A stretch of DNA of 64,000 nucleotides from Octopus vulgaris (GCA_951406725.2 OX597828.1:18786001-18850000); one strand, 5' to 3'; counted from the stretch's first letter, positions 14,109 to 24,629 are shown. The notes: generated by a model not told the origin, from the sequence alone. Program-made: numbers and translations.

Positions 14109-14115
14109 TTATATA

Positions 14116-14153
<38 letters not shown>

Positions 14154-14825
14154 TATATAGACACACACACAGAGAAAGAGTCAAGATAGCCAAATTCATT
14201 TTGTACATTCCTGGCTTCATTTTCTTTCATTTCATTTTCATTCTCACGTTTATTCATCCCTAAAGCGAAAGATCACCGTAATCTTGCTTTTGTATATGTG
14301 TAAAGCGAAAGCTTACTGAAAGGGAAAGCTTTCTGTATATTTATATTAGCTGAAATAAGAAAGATCAGGATAAATAAAAGCTTTGTATTGTACAAGGCTA
14401 AGATGAAAAGATAACATTTAAACGAATACTGACACCTAACTTCTGTTAAGTATAACAAAATGTAAATTTATAACCCAAAGATTCTTCAAGGTTCTTAGAA
14501 TAGAAATCGTCAATAGACCACTTAGAGAAATGTTTATATCTCACGACAAACATCACAGTTCTTATTCACATGTACAAAGCATTCTTTTGGTTGTATATAA
14601 AATATTTTCTTTTTCGGTTTATTAAAAGCCGTTCGTGTGATCCTGCGCAGGCGATGATAAATACTGACATGATGAAGATTGAGATTGGGGAAACAATGAT
14701 AATAATATGAACAAAACTTTACACGAATATAGGATTTGTACCGTTAGCTGGCATTATCAACGAATTAGAAGACATGGAAGAGGTGAAGTATAGAATATTA
14801 TATATGAATTATACCAAAATGGATA

Positions 14826-15177
14826 TGGAAGCACTCTGTCGGTTACGACGACGAGGGTTCCGGTTGATCCGATCAACGGAACAGCCTGCTCATGAAATTA
14901 AAGTAAGTGGCTGAGCACTCCACAGCCACGTGTACCCTTAACGTAGTTCTCGGGGATATTCAGCGTGACACAGAGAGTGACAAGGCCGGCCCTTTGAAAT
15001 ACAGGTACAACAGAAACAGGAAGTAAGAGTGAGAGAAAGTTGTGGTGAAAGAGTACAGCAGGGATTACCACCATCCCCTGCCGGAGCCTCGTGGAGCTTT
15101 AGGTGTTTTCGCTCAATAAACACTCACAACGCCCGGTCTGGGAATCGAAACCGCGAGTCCGCTGCCATTGCGCCTCC
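14826..15177 (-). mobile_element. SINE family B
   Basis: Near-identical to 928-1297, with a small deletion in the tRNA head. Confidence 0.85.
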
Positions 15178-16038
15178 AGCTATACCAAAATAACCACATA
15201 CACAGGCGTGGCAGTGTGGTAAGAAGCTTGCTTCCCAGCCATGTGGTTCTGGGTTCAGTACCACTGCGTGGCATCTTGGGCAAGTGTCTTCTACTGTAAC
15301 CTCGGGCTAACCAAAGCCTTGTGAGTGGATTTGGTAGACGGAAACAGAAAGAAGCCCGTCGTGTGTGTGTGTGTGTGTGTCCTGGGGTTGATTTATTCGA
15401 CTAAAAGGTGGTGCACCAGCATGGCCGCCGTCACAAATGCAGACACAAGCACATAAAACTCTACTACAACACCACGGCTTTTACTCTTTTACTAGTTTCA
15501 GTCATTTGACTGTAGCCATACTGGAGCACCGCCTTTAGTCGAGCAAATCGACCCCAAGACATTCTTTGTAAGCCTAGTACTTATTCTATCGGTCTCTTTA
15601 TGAGTGCTGTGTATTAAGTCTATAAAATTGTGCATAAAGTATATAAAGTGTATATGTATGATGTGCATTAAGTAATCATCGTATTCCAATTTCTTTCATT
15701 TTTCAATGAGTAGCAGATGAGCGACTATCTGTCCTTACAGACACAACACAGGCTACACTTTCAGGTTTTTTGGATAAAGTTTTCAAGAAATAACCCGATA
15801 GGTTTACCATTAATTCTGTGAAATATTCACGGGTCTCGTTAGTACTTATAAAGCTGTTACCCAGATGCTCAATATTGTTGATCCAAACGATGATAGCATC
15901 CATACATAAAATAAAGCAACGCGATTGATGTTCGTCTCAAAGAAACTTAGGCGGCAGTGTGGGACCAGCGGTGATTTATTTGCATCATATCTTTATGCAT
16001 GTGTGTGACAAAACAAATTTAGAGATTATGAAAAGCTA

Positions 16039-16567
16039 TTGGGTTGGTGCATAATTTATTGCGGCATTTTTTTCAACAAATTTTATTCGACAAATACAAT
16101 ATTTAACAAAAACATCTTTAAATAGCTGTCTGATCGTCTGAGAAGCAAATGGGAAGCAGTAATTGGTTATCTCTATATATATATATATACGGCAAAATGT
16201 CTGCGTGTGTATCCTTTATACAAATCCACAATTTTTCAGTTAGAGGGCTCGCACTTTCTATGGTCATTCAAAACCGCCCAAGGTTGGTCGTGCACGTCTT
16301 TACAATAGAAGTGACTTTTTCGTGAATTTTCTATCCAAAACCCAATCAAAATGCCCGAAATTTGATACGCCAATTGAATGCCAGCGAGCTGTATGTGATT
16401 GGTCGGAGATTTGGACAGTACTCGCGTGTATGTGCGCACGCACGCAGCTGTATATGCATGCACTAGCACTATGACCCGGCAACGCCGGGACAAAGTGCTA
16501 GTATTTTATAATTTTTGTTGAAGAAAATTTGTTGAAAAAAAGCCTCAATAATTATGCACCAACCCAA
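16039..16567. mobile_element. Mariner-type MITE with Hsmar1/MADE1-like TIRs
   Basis: TIR TTGGGTTGGTGCATAATTTATTGCGGCATTTTTTTCAACAAATTTT and its inverse ending ...TAATTATGCACCAACCCAA; TA TSD at 16037-16038 and 16568-16569. Confidence 0.9.
16170..16501 (+). mobile_element. Non-autonomous Helitron nested in the mariner MITE
   Basis: 5' TC (TCTCTATATA) follows a host A; subterminal hairpin CCCGGC-AAC-GCCGGG 16475-16489; 3' CTAG at 16498-16501 followed by a host T; no TSD. Confidence 0.85.
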
Positions 16568-17836
16568 TATTTACGAATCTCATTTCGTGCATCAGCGACT
16601 GTTATGCTTTCCCGTAAATACAATTATTTTCATCTTGAACACAATATATGTACGTTTTTCATGTTATATTTAATATATATATATATATGTTAGACACGTT
16701 CGTTGAGTCAGTGTCATCACATCCGGTTTCTTTCACAAAGTTATTTTCATTTTTCAGCATTTTCCCAGGACAGCTTACTTTCATCTTTTTACATTGGTAA
16801 ACTGCATTTTAACTTCCATTGCAAGCCACACCCAGGCTCCACATAAAATGACGTTTTATTTGTTCATACGTCAATAACAAATATATAAGTATATGTATGT
16901 GCCAGAGGAAGGGCGTGCATGCGTTTTTCCTTTGGCTTGCTTCTGTCAATCCATGATTACGTTTTTTTGGGGGGTTTTTTTTTGCAAAATATAACTTATT
17001 TTCTATATAAAATTTGAAATTTTGCAAGAATCATGAACTGCATACCTGGACGTTAACGAACTGGTTGTACACTCTCTCCCAGTGTGTAACCAACTCATGG
17101 TTTGTTGTTCAAATTTCAGCTCGTTAAATGAACGGGCCTCCATTCCCTTTTGCAGCTGATTGGTCGTGGAACTTGTTTTTGGTGACAGTACTTTTTGGCG
17201 AACGTACAAGAGGAAATATACACTTACAGATAGAGTGAGTGAGAGAAAGAAAAAAAGAGAGACATCTCAATTTTTTAATTGAACACAGGTGACATAAACA
17301 CTCTTCTCATACACACAAACAGAAATGTTAAAAAACATAAAGAGAGAAAGAATGAGACATTACAATTTATTAATTGAATGAGTGACAAGCACTTACCCTC
17401 TGTTCATACACATTAAGCGAAATATTCCCACACACATTGAAACAGGGAGAGAAGGAGAAGGTGGAGGAAGGGAGATAGGTGGAGAATGAGAGAAACATTA
17501 AAATATCTGATGTCAAATAAGTCAGCGTCGAATCAGTGAAAACCAAACAAGCGGCGCCAGAACGGCTGCACCAAAACGTCTCATACCAATGAAAGGATTT
17601 GTCATTGTTCTTGAAAACTTTCAAGATGCAGTGTGAGGGACCAATGAAGATGAACACCAGTCACTAGCTGAATTGTGAAGCAACTTGAGGTAGAAACTCA
17701 TAACACACTTTGCAGAGAAATTTGAAACTGAAGATGAGGAAAAGAGCCAAAATGTAGACATCTTTCATTCCCCACCTATACAGCTTCACTAAGAACTGCT
17801 TGGTGATAAGTAACCCAAAAGAACGCACTAAAAAAC

Positions 17837-17878
17837 TGGTGACCCAGACGTGATCCGAACACGCAGCCTTCTGATATG
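17837..17878 (-). pseudogene. Retro-copied 3' half of tRNA-Trp(CCA) including the CCA end (extended PBS-like sequence)
   Basis: Minus strand CATATCAGAAGGCTGCGTGTTCGGATCACGTCTGGGTCACCA versus metazoan tRNA-Trp ...CCAGATCAGAAGG(C/T)TGCGTGTTCRAATCACGTCGGGGTCA; the 5' half is absent. Confidence 0.85.
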
Positions 17879-19793
17879 TCTTTATATCCAGTTGACTTGG
17901 AATGCTCGGCAGACAAAGTAATATGGCAGTTCTTAGTCAATATACAGGGAATATTTAATGCAACAGAAGAACACTTGGTTGCATTTATGGTAGGCTAATA
18001 TATATTGCACCAGATTCTTGAACTGGGCTAAGACACCAACTTACCAAACTCGTATATAAAGCAGGAGTATAACTCTTTCCTGTGCTCTATGTATTGGAAG
18101 TGAATCGCTTCAGCACCACCTCAGCAGCTGCCATTGGCACCAAGAACAAATACCCCAAGTGATTACAGAGGTGATCTTCATAGATGTTTATTCTAGTAGA
18201 TATCATAACCAGAAGGTACGTTACTCATTTTCTTAAAACTGGAGAAATGCCTCATTCACTGTCGCAGACAAGGTCGAGCCAGCCTTTGTACAGCTCCAGA
18301 GAGGCAGATGAGAGTGGACTCTGCAAAACATCAAAAGTTCCTAGATAGTATCATATAGACGACATTCTGATCAGACATGATCGTTTCAGAGCCAACCCAA
18401 GCACAGGATCATGTGTCAACTGACTGACTCCTACATGGGAAGATTATATGAACAAGATCCATGTGAAGGAAGCTTACTAAATGCCAGGAAGGAAATGTTA
18501 GAGCAGTTTGGTTCAGAAGCAGACACTGGTAGGCTTGATGCAAGACAACTGAAGAGGGCTTCTGGTGTTTGTTGGATGTTTGTTCAGCAAGACTCCAGCT
18601 GGTGCTTGGAATCAATTTTATAGCAGAAGTGGATTTGCATCTATGTTCCAACATGGAAGCCACAAAGAAAACTATTATATGTCTTTGGATAAAAAGAAGA
18701 GGGTATATGACTGGACTTGTTGGTGCTGAGATTCAAGCCATGAATATCAACCCTAGCTGAGTCAACTGGACAAAGATATCTGATGTTGAAGTAACTGGAA
18801 TTATTCTTCTATGGTTTCCAGGAAAATCACTAATAATGTGTTCCAGTACATTTGTGAAATGCCTTGAAATCTTGAATAAATATAGCTTTGTGTGAGAGAA
18901 CAACAATACATAAAATATGTTTAAAAGAAACCAGGTTTAAAGGATGACAGCAAAGGAGTTTATAGCAAGGGATATAACACTATAGGTAAAATGTGATAAA
19001 ACATTAACAATGATATAAAAGGATACTAATGTGTAGATAACAGACTGCAGCTGTAAGAATAACATTGGACGTATGAGATGAAAAGATAACAGATAAAAGT
19101 ACTATGAAGTGTTTAAAGATAACAATTGCAATAATAAAATACTGAGAGTTTGAACGAGAGGAAAGAGAATTATAGGAAGAGAAAAACATGACCATACCAA
19201 TTGAACAGATATTGATGTTATAACAATATTTTATGGGAAATATAACAAGGTGTAGATTTATATAATCTCCAATACGTTGTTCAATATAAATCTGAGTATT
19301 GTAGTGACATTTAAACATCGAAACTCTTGGTAAATACAAGAAATTTTATAATGACCAGCTCTTCAATACGACAAGGAGTAAACTCATGACTGTCAATTCC
19401 TATTAAACAACAACATTGTGAAAAACCTGTGATACTTAACACCTGTTAATGTGTAGATACATACATGTGTGTGTGTGTGTGTATAAATATATTTGCATGT
19501 GTGCATGTGACATGGTTGTGTGGTAAGCAGCTTGCTTCTGAACCCCATCATTCCAGGTTCAGTCCCACAGTGTGGCACTTTAGGCAAGTGTCTTCTACTA
19601 TAGCCTTGGGCCAACCAAATTCTTGTGAGTGGATTTGATAGACAGAAACTGAAAGAAGCCTGTCAAATATATATATATGCATATATATAACAGGAAAGTT
19701 TACGAAAATAAACAAAAGACGAAGGCAGGTGGAGTACAAACAAATGTATTAGTACGCGTATACATATAAGCGTATATATGCATATATATAAGC

Positions 19794-19825
<32 letters not shown>

Positions 19826-20071
19826 ATTTGCTAGGAGAAGTCTTCATCAACAGGTATGCCTAGATTAAACATACAAGTACAAGGCAAATCCAGCATGTGC
19901 CTATACATATAAGTATTGCTTGTTTCAATCATTTGATTATGACCATGCAGGGGTACAGCCTTGAAGGATTTTAGTCAAACAAATTGACACCAAGACACAT
20001 TTTAAAGCCTAGACTTATTCTATCAGATTCTTTTGCCAAACCACTAAGTTATGGGGATATAAACGTATTGT

Positions 20072-20144
20072 GGGCATATCGCATAGTGGTTAAGAGCGCA
20101 AGCTACTAACCCCAAGATTCTGAGTTCGATTCCAGGCAGTGACT

Positions 20145-20190
<46 letters not shown>

Positions 20191-20370
20191 CAACAACAAC
20201 ATTGAAAAATACCTTAGGATTGAGAACCCAGGTTCAAAATTTCCCCAAGACACCTGATGAAGGATGGAAGGTATTTCAGCCGAAACGTTGTGTTAACAAC
20301 AAACAAGATGGGGACAAATATCTGTCAAATTTAAATTTAAAAAATTCCTCATCTCTTAAATATAGAACTG

Positions 20371-20372
<2 letters not shown>
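20072..20372 (+). mobile_element. Family H1: tRNA-like head + (AAT)n + body with minimal hammerhead motif
   Basis: A-box-like GCATAGTGG, B-box GAGTTCGATTCC, (AAT)n, then GACAC-CTGATGA-A-stem II-GAAA-CGTT-GTGTT. Confidence 0.8.
20249..20294 (+). ncRNA. Minimal type I hammerhead ribozyme motif (PLE-type)
   Basis: Stem I GACAC/GTGTT, core CTGATGA 20254-20260, stem II GGATG/CAGCC (one mismatch), GAAA 20282-20285, palindromic ACGT stem III, GUU triplet. Confidence 0.65.
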
Positions 20373-20421
<49 letters not shown>

Positions 20422-20596
20422 ACAGGCTGATTTCAGTTTTCATTACAAAATCCACTCACAAGTCTTTAGTCAGCCTGAGGCTACAGTAGAAGGCACTTGC
20501 CGAAGGTGCCACGCAGTGGGACTGAACTCACCAAGTGGTTGGGTAGTAAGCTTCTTACCATATAGCTACACCTGCGCCTATTTATATATATATATA

Positions 20597-21245
20597 GGCT
20601 TGAGAGAAATGAAGGTAGTATGCTTCACTGGATGTGCAATGTCAGTGTGCATGTATGTAAGCATTTTGAGAGATGGGCATAAGAGGCATCAGATGTAGTG
20701 TGCAAGAGAAACAACTGTGCTGGTATGGTCATGTAATGTGTATGGACAAAGACAACTGTGTAAAGCAGTGCTGGTCCCTAACTGTGGATGGAACCTGTGG
20801 AAGAGGTAGACTCATGAAGACATGGGACAAGGTGGTGAAGCATGATTTTCAGTGTTTGGACTCATGGAGGCAATGAGAAATGACCGAGACCTTTGACGAT
20901 ACGCTGTGCTTGAGAAAACTCAAGCGAAAGTGAAATCATAGTTATGGCTAATGCTGTTGTCACGTAATTGGCATCGATGTCAGTATCATGTAATTGGCAT
21001 TCATGCTGGTGTCACATAACTGGTATCCAAACCAGTGGCACATAAAAGCAGCCATGCCAGTGATACATAAAAGGTACCCATTACACTCTTGGAGTGGTTG
21101 ATGTTACGAATGGCATCTAGTGATAGAAACCAAGCCAGATCAGATTGGAACCTGGTGCAGTTCTGACACTTGCCAGATCCAGTCAAACTGTTCAACCCAT
21201 GCCAGCATGGAAAGCAGCCACTTAATAATTATGATGATGATAATG
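20597..21245 (+). mobile_element. 5'-truncated RTE-clade LINE (ORF C-terminus, 3' UTR, (GAT)n tail)
   Basis: Frameshifted RLERNEGSMLHWMC...LCWYGHVMCMD...GTCGRGRLMKTWDKVVKHD...DRDL*R matches the RTE C-terminal W.GHV.R / G.R.RGRP..TW / DR..WR motifs. Confidence 0.85.
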
Positions 21246-21321
21246 ATATAATTATTTGCAGGATCCAATGGAATCAAGGTATTCTAATAATAAGGACACC
21301 AAGGTAGAGTCAACAACAGCT

Positions 21322-21800
21322 CTCAGTGGTTAGGGCAGCGAACTCACGGTCATAAGAACGCGGTTTCAATTCCCAGACTGGGCATTGTGAGTGTTTATTG
21401 AGTAAAATCACCTAAGCTCCACAAAGCTCCGGCGGGGAGTGATGGTGAACTCTGCTGTACTCTTTCACCACAACTATCTCTCACACTTTCTTCAGACATC
21501 TGCCACAAAGCAGGGGAACCATGGTGTAACCCACTATGGTGAGGTAAAACTTTCAGACCCTAGTCTAGATTGTGAATCCTCTGTACCCCAGGATGGTTCA
21601 GTTCTCCACCGGTTAAAAACCACCATTTACAGAATGTGGATAACATAGCTTTTGTGCCCGTGCAACCACTAGTCTATCGCGTGTGGTGGGTGGATCTTCA
21701 AGTTACCACACGCATTCTTAATAGCTTAGAGTAGACTCGAATTAGAGATTATTCTTTGTGGCTAATAGTGTGAGTCCTGATTGGAAAAAAAGAAGAACAA
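21322..21800 (+). mobile_element. Chimeric SINE: family B head with a distinct ~310-bp tail
   Basis: 11-bp TSD CAACAACAGCT at 21311-21321 and 21801-21811; 3' stem GCGTGTGGT/ACCACACGC. Confidence 0.75.
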
Positions 21801-21899
21801 CAACAACAGCTTACCTGTGTATCAACAATGTATATGGATACTCATGTATTTGCTAGAGTATATACAGATTTGTCCTTCCGGTTACACATAGATCCACAG

Positions 21900-22185
21900 C
21901 GTAAAGACCATCTTCGGTCATGAGTTACCCTCCCTGGCACAAGTCCAGGAATGGTTGTTTATGTATGTACGTATACATGGTCAGCAGTTGCCCATGTATA
22001 CCAGCCTCTCCTCTCCATGCCACCGATATTATCCAAGGGAAAGGCAAAGGCTGATACAGTTTGGCACCAGTGATGTTGTAACTCATTTCTACAGGTGAGT
22101 GAACTGCAGCAATGTGAAAATAAAGCATCTTGCTCAAGAACTCAACACACAGCCTGGTCCGAGAATTGAACTCACCACTGCATGG
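21900..22185 (-). mobile_element. SINE family C
   Basis: Reverse complement of the 32096-32416 element. Confidence 0.75.
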
Positions 22186-23121
22186 TTGTTAGTATACATC
22201 CAAAAATATAGGCTAAACATACTCAGTGTTTACATATCACACAAGAGTAGACTCTGGCATGCAGTCTATGGTCAGTAGGCTCAAAATCCAATGCAAGGAC
22301 AATTCCAAGTATTATTACATATATATATATAATGGGTGAAGTGAGCCAATCAAAATTATGTTTAAAATGGTATAATTTAGGCTAAAAGAACAACAGCAAA
22401 GAAAATATCTGTTTGAATGAATGAAGAGATAAAATGATAATAGAGAACAGTTATTGCATTGATGAAACCATAGGTAGGAGGAGATAAAATAACAGAAACA
22501 TCGATAACAGTTACATAAAGGGCTGATGTGGAGATAACAGATAGTAGTTATAAGAACAATGAAGTAATTGTGATAAAAAAAAAAAAGAGATAACAGAGAA
22601 AAATGTAAAAGATACAGGAGATAACACAGCTAAAAGAAACATTAATAACAATTATACAAAGGTGTGATATTCAGATAACAGACAGCAGTAGCAGCTATTA
22701 GAACAATCTTGCCATGAGATAATGAAAGATAACAGATAAAAGAACAATGCTGGGTTTAAATGTAACAAATCTAATACAAAATAAAATCCTGAGAGATGGA
22801 AGGAAAGAGGAATATTGGAAAAGGATAAAAAAAAAAAGTATCATCGTTCTCTTTGAACAGATATTGATACTAAATCAATAATTCATGAGGTGTAATATAA
22901 CATGGTGTAGATTTATATATAACAAACTCCTGTTAGATACAACGATGTGTAAATTAACAATGTCCTTCTCCTATTAAAATGCAATAAGGTATGAGTTTGT
23001 AATATCTTAGCTCCTATTAAATATAATAAGAATGTCAATATAACTGCCAATTGCTGTTTAATACAATGTGTACATTTGTAGCACTTAGTTCATGTTAAAT
23101 ATTGCAAAGTGTAAATATATA

Positions 23122-23292
23122 GGTGCAGGAGTGGCTGTGTGGTAAGTAGCTTGTTTACCAGTCACATGGTTCCGGGTTCGGTCCCACTGCGTGGCATTTT
23201 GGGCAAGTGTTTTCTGCTATAGCCCCGGGCCGACCAATGCCTTGTGAGTGGATTTGGTAGACAGAAACTGAAACAAGCCTATCGTATATATG

Positions 23293-23323
<31 letters not shown>

Positions 23324-23530
23324 CTGTGTTTGTCCCCCTAGCATTGCTTGACAACCGATGCTGGTGTGTTTACGTCCCCGTCACTTAGCGGTTCGGCAAA
23401 AGAGAACGATAGAATAAGTACTGGGCTTACAAAGAATAAGTCCCGGGGTCGATTTGCTCGACTAAAGGCGGTGCTCCAGCATGGCCGCAGTCAAATGACT
23501 GAAACAAGTAAAAAGAGTAAAAAAAAAGAG
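23122..23530 (+). mobile_element. SINE family A, full-length young copy
   Basis: Complete head, body and tail with CpGs retained. Confidence 0.9.
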
Positions 23531-23572
23531 TATAATGTCCAACTGCTTTTACTTGCAACACCTGGCAACACC

Positions 23573-23763
23573 AATTGTGGAGTGGTACCATCGTGTGAGC
23601 AGAAGAGACCACTCAGAGGATCTCCAATCAGGTGGGAAGATGATTGAAGAAAGATATTTGAAACAACATGGAGGGGAGAATGGCGAGAGCACGATGGGAA
23701 TGGGGCAAATGCTGTGGCCGGCAGAGTCAACTCAGCAACAGGACAGCCTGGCCGATCCAAGTG
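23573..23763 (+). mobile_element. 191-bp 5'-truncated RTE-type LINE insertion (second RTE family)
   Basis: Encodes EQKRPLRGSPIRWEDD*RKIFETTWR (KRP.GRP..RW.D motif); 13-bp TSD ACCTGGCAACACC at 23560-23572 and 23764-23776. Confidence 0.8.
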
Positions 23764-23904
23764 ACCTGGCAACACCTTGCAACCTGTAATATCACTAACA
23801 CCACTAACACTACTAACAATACTACAGCTTGTTGTAGTAGTTGAGTAGAGATCAACCCCGTCATATGTTGACAGACCTTGATCTAATATGTTCTAATATC
23901 ATCT

Positions 23905-24629
23905 ACTCTTTTACTTGTTTCAGTCATTTGACTGTTGCCATGCTGGAGCACCGCCTTTAATCGAGGAAATTGACCCCAGGACTTATTCTTTGTAAGCCTA
24001 GTACTTATTCTATCACTCTCTTTTACCGAACCGCTAAGTTACGGGGACGTAAACACACCAGCATCGGTTGTCAAGTGATGTTGGGGAACAAACACAGATA
24101 TACAAACGCACACATACATATATATATACACTGCCAGATCTGACTGGCCTGGTGCAGCCTTCGGGCTCCCCAGACCCCAGTTGAACCGTCCAACCCATGC
24201 TAGCATGGAAAACGGACGCTAAATGATGATGATGATGATGATGATATATATATATACGACAGGTTTCTTTCAGTTTCCGTCTACCAAATCCATTCACAAG
24301 GCTTTGGTCAGCCTGAGGCTATAGTAGAAGACACTTGCCCAAGGTGCCACACAGTGGGATTGAACCCAGAACCATGTGGTTGGTAAGCAAGCTACTTACC
24401 ACACAGTCACTCCTACATATGTATGTGTGCGTTTGTATATCTGTGTTTGTTCCCCAACATCACTTGACAACCAATGCTGGTGTGTTTACGTCCCCGTAAC
24501 TTAGCGGTTCGGTAAAAGAAAGTGATAGAATAAGTACTAGGCTTACAAAGAATAAGTCCTGGGGTCAATTTCTTCAATTAAAGGCGGTGCACCAGCAAAA
24601 TGACTGAAACAAGAAAAAAAAGAAAAGAG
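23905..24629. mobile_element. Family A SINE (minus, 23905-24414) with nested RTE tail (~24130-24245) and an inverted copy of its own 3' half (24418-24629)
   Basis: Both arms share variants not seen in other A copies here (GTGATAG, CGGTAAAAG, TTGTTCCCC, CATCACTTG). Confidence 0.8.

Noticed and set aside
14650-14700. ATGATGA/CTGA motifs as a box C/D snoRNA
   Set aside because: Box order and spacing are wrong (no D box downstream of the good C box) and there is no terminal stem.
18411-18623. ORF with GRLY...NARKEM resembling DNA-transposon XPG-associated proteins
   Set aside because: Similarity is limited to a few residues and no flanking motifs could be recovered; needs a profile search.
20072-20143. 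SINE heads (families A, B, C, H1) as real tRNA genes
   Set aside because: A/B boxes are present but acceptor and anticodon stems do not form a cloverleaf, and each continues into a repeat body.
23480-23520. Family A SINE tail CAGTC-AAAT-GACTG-AAAC-AA-GTA as a hammerhead
   Set aside because: Has a stem and GAAAC..GTA but no upstream CUGANGA core or stem I; better explained as a LINE-type 3' stem-loop.
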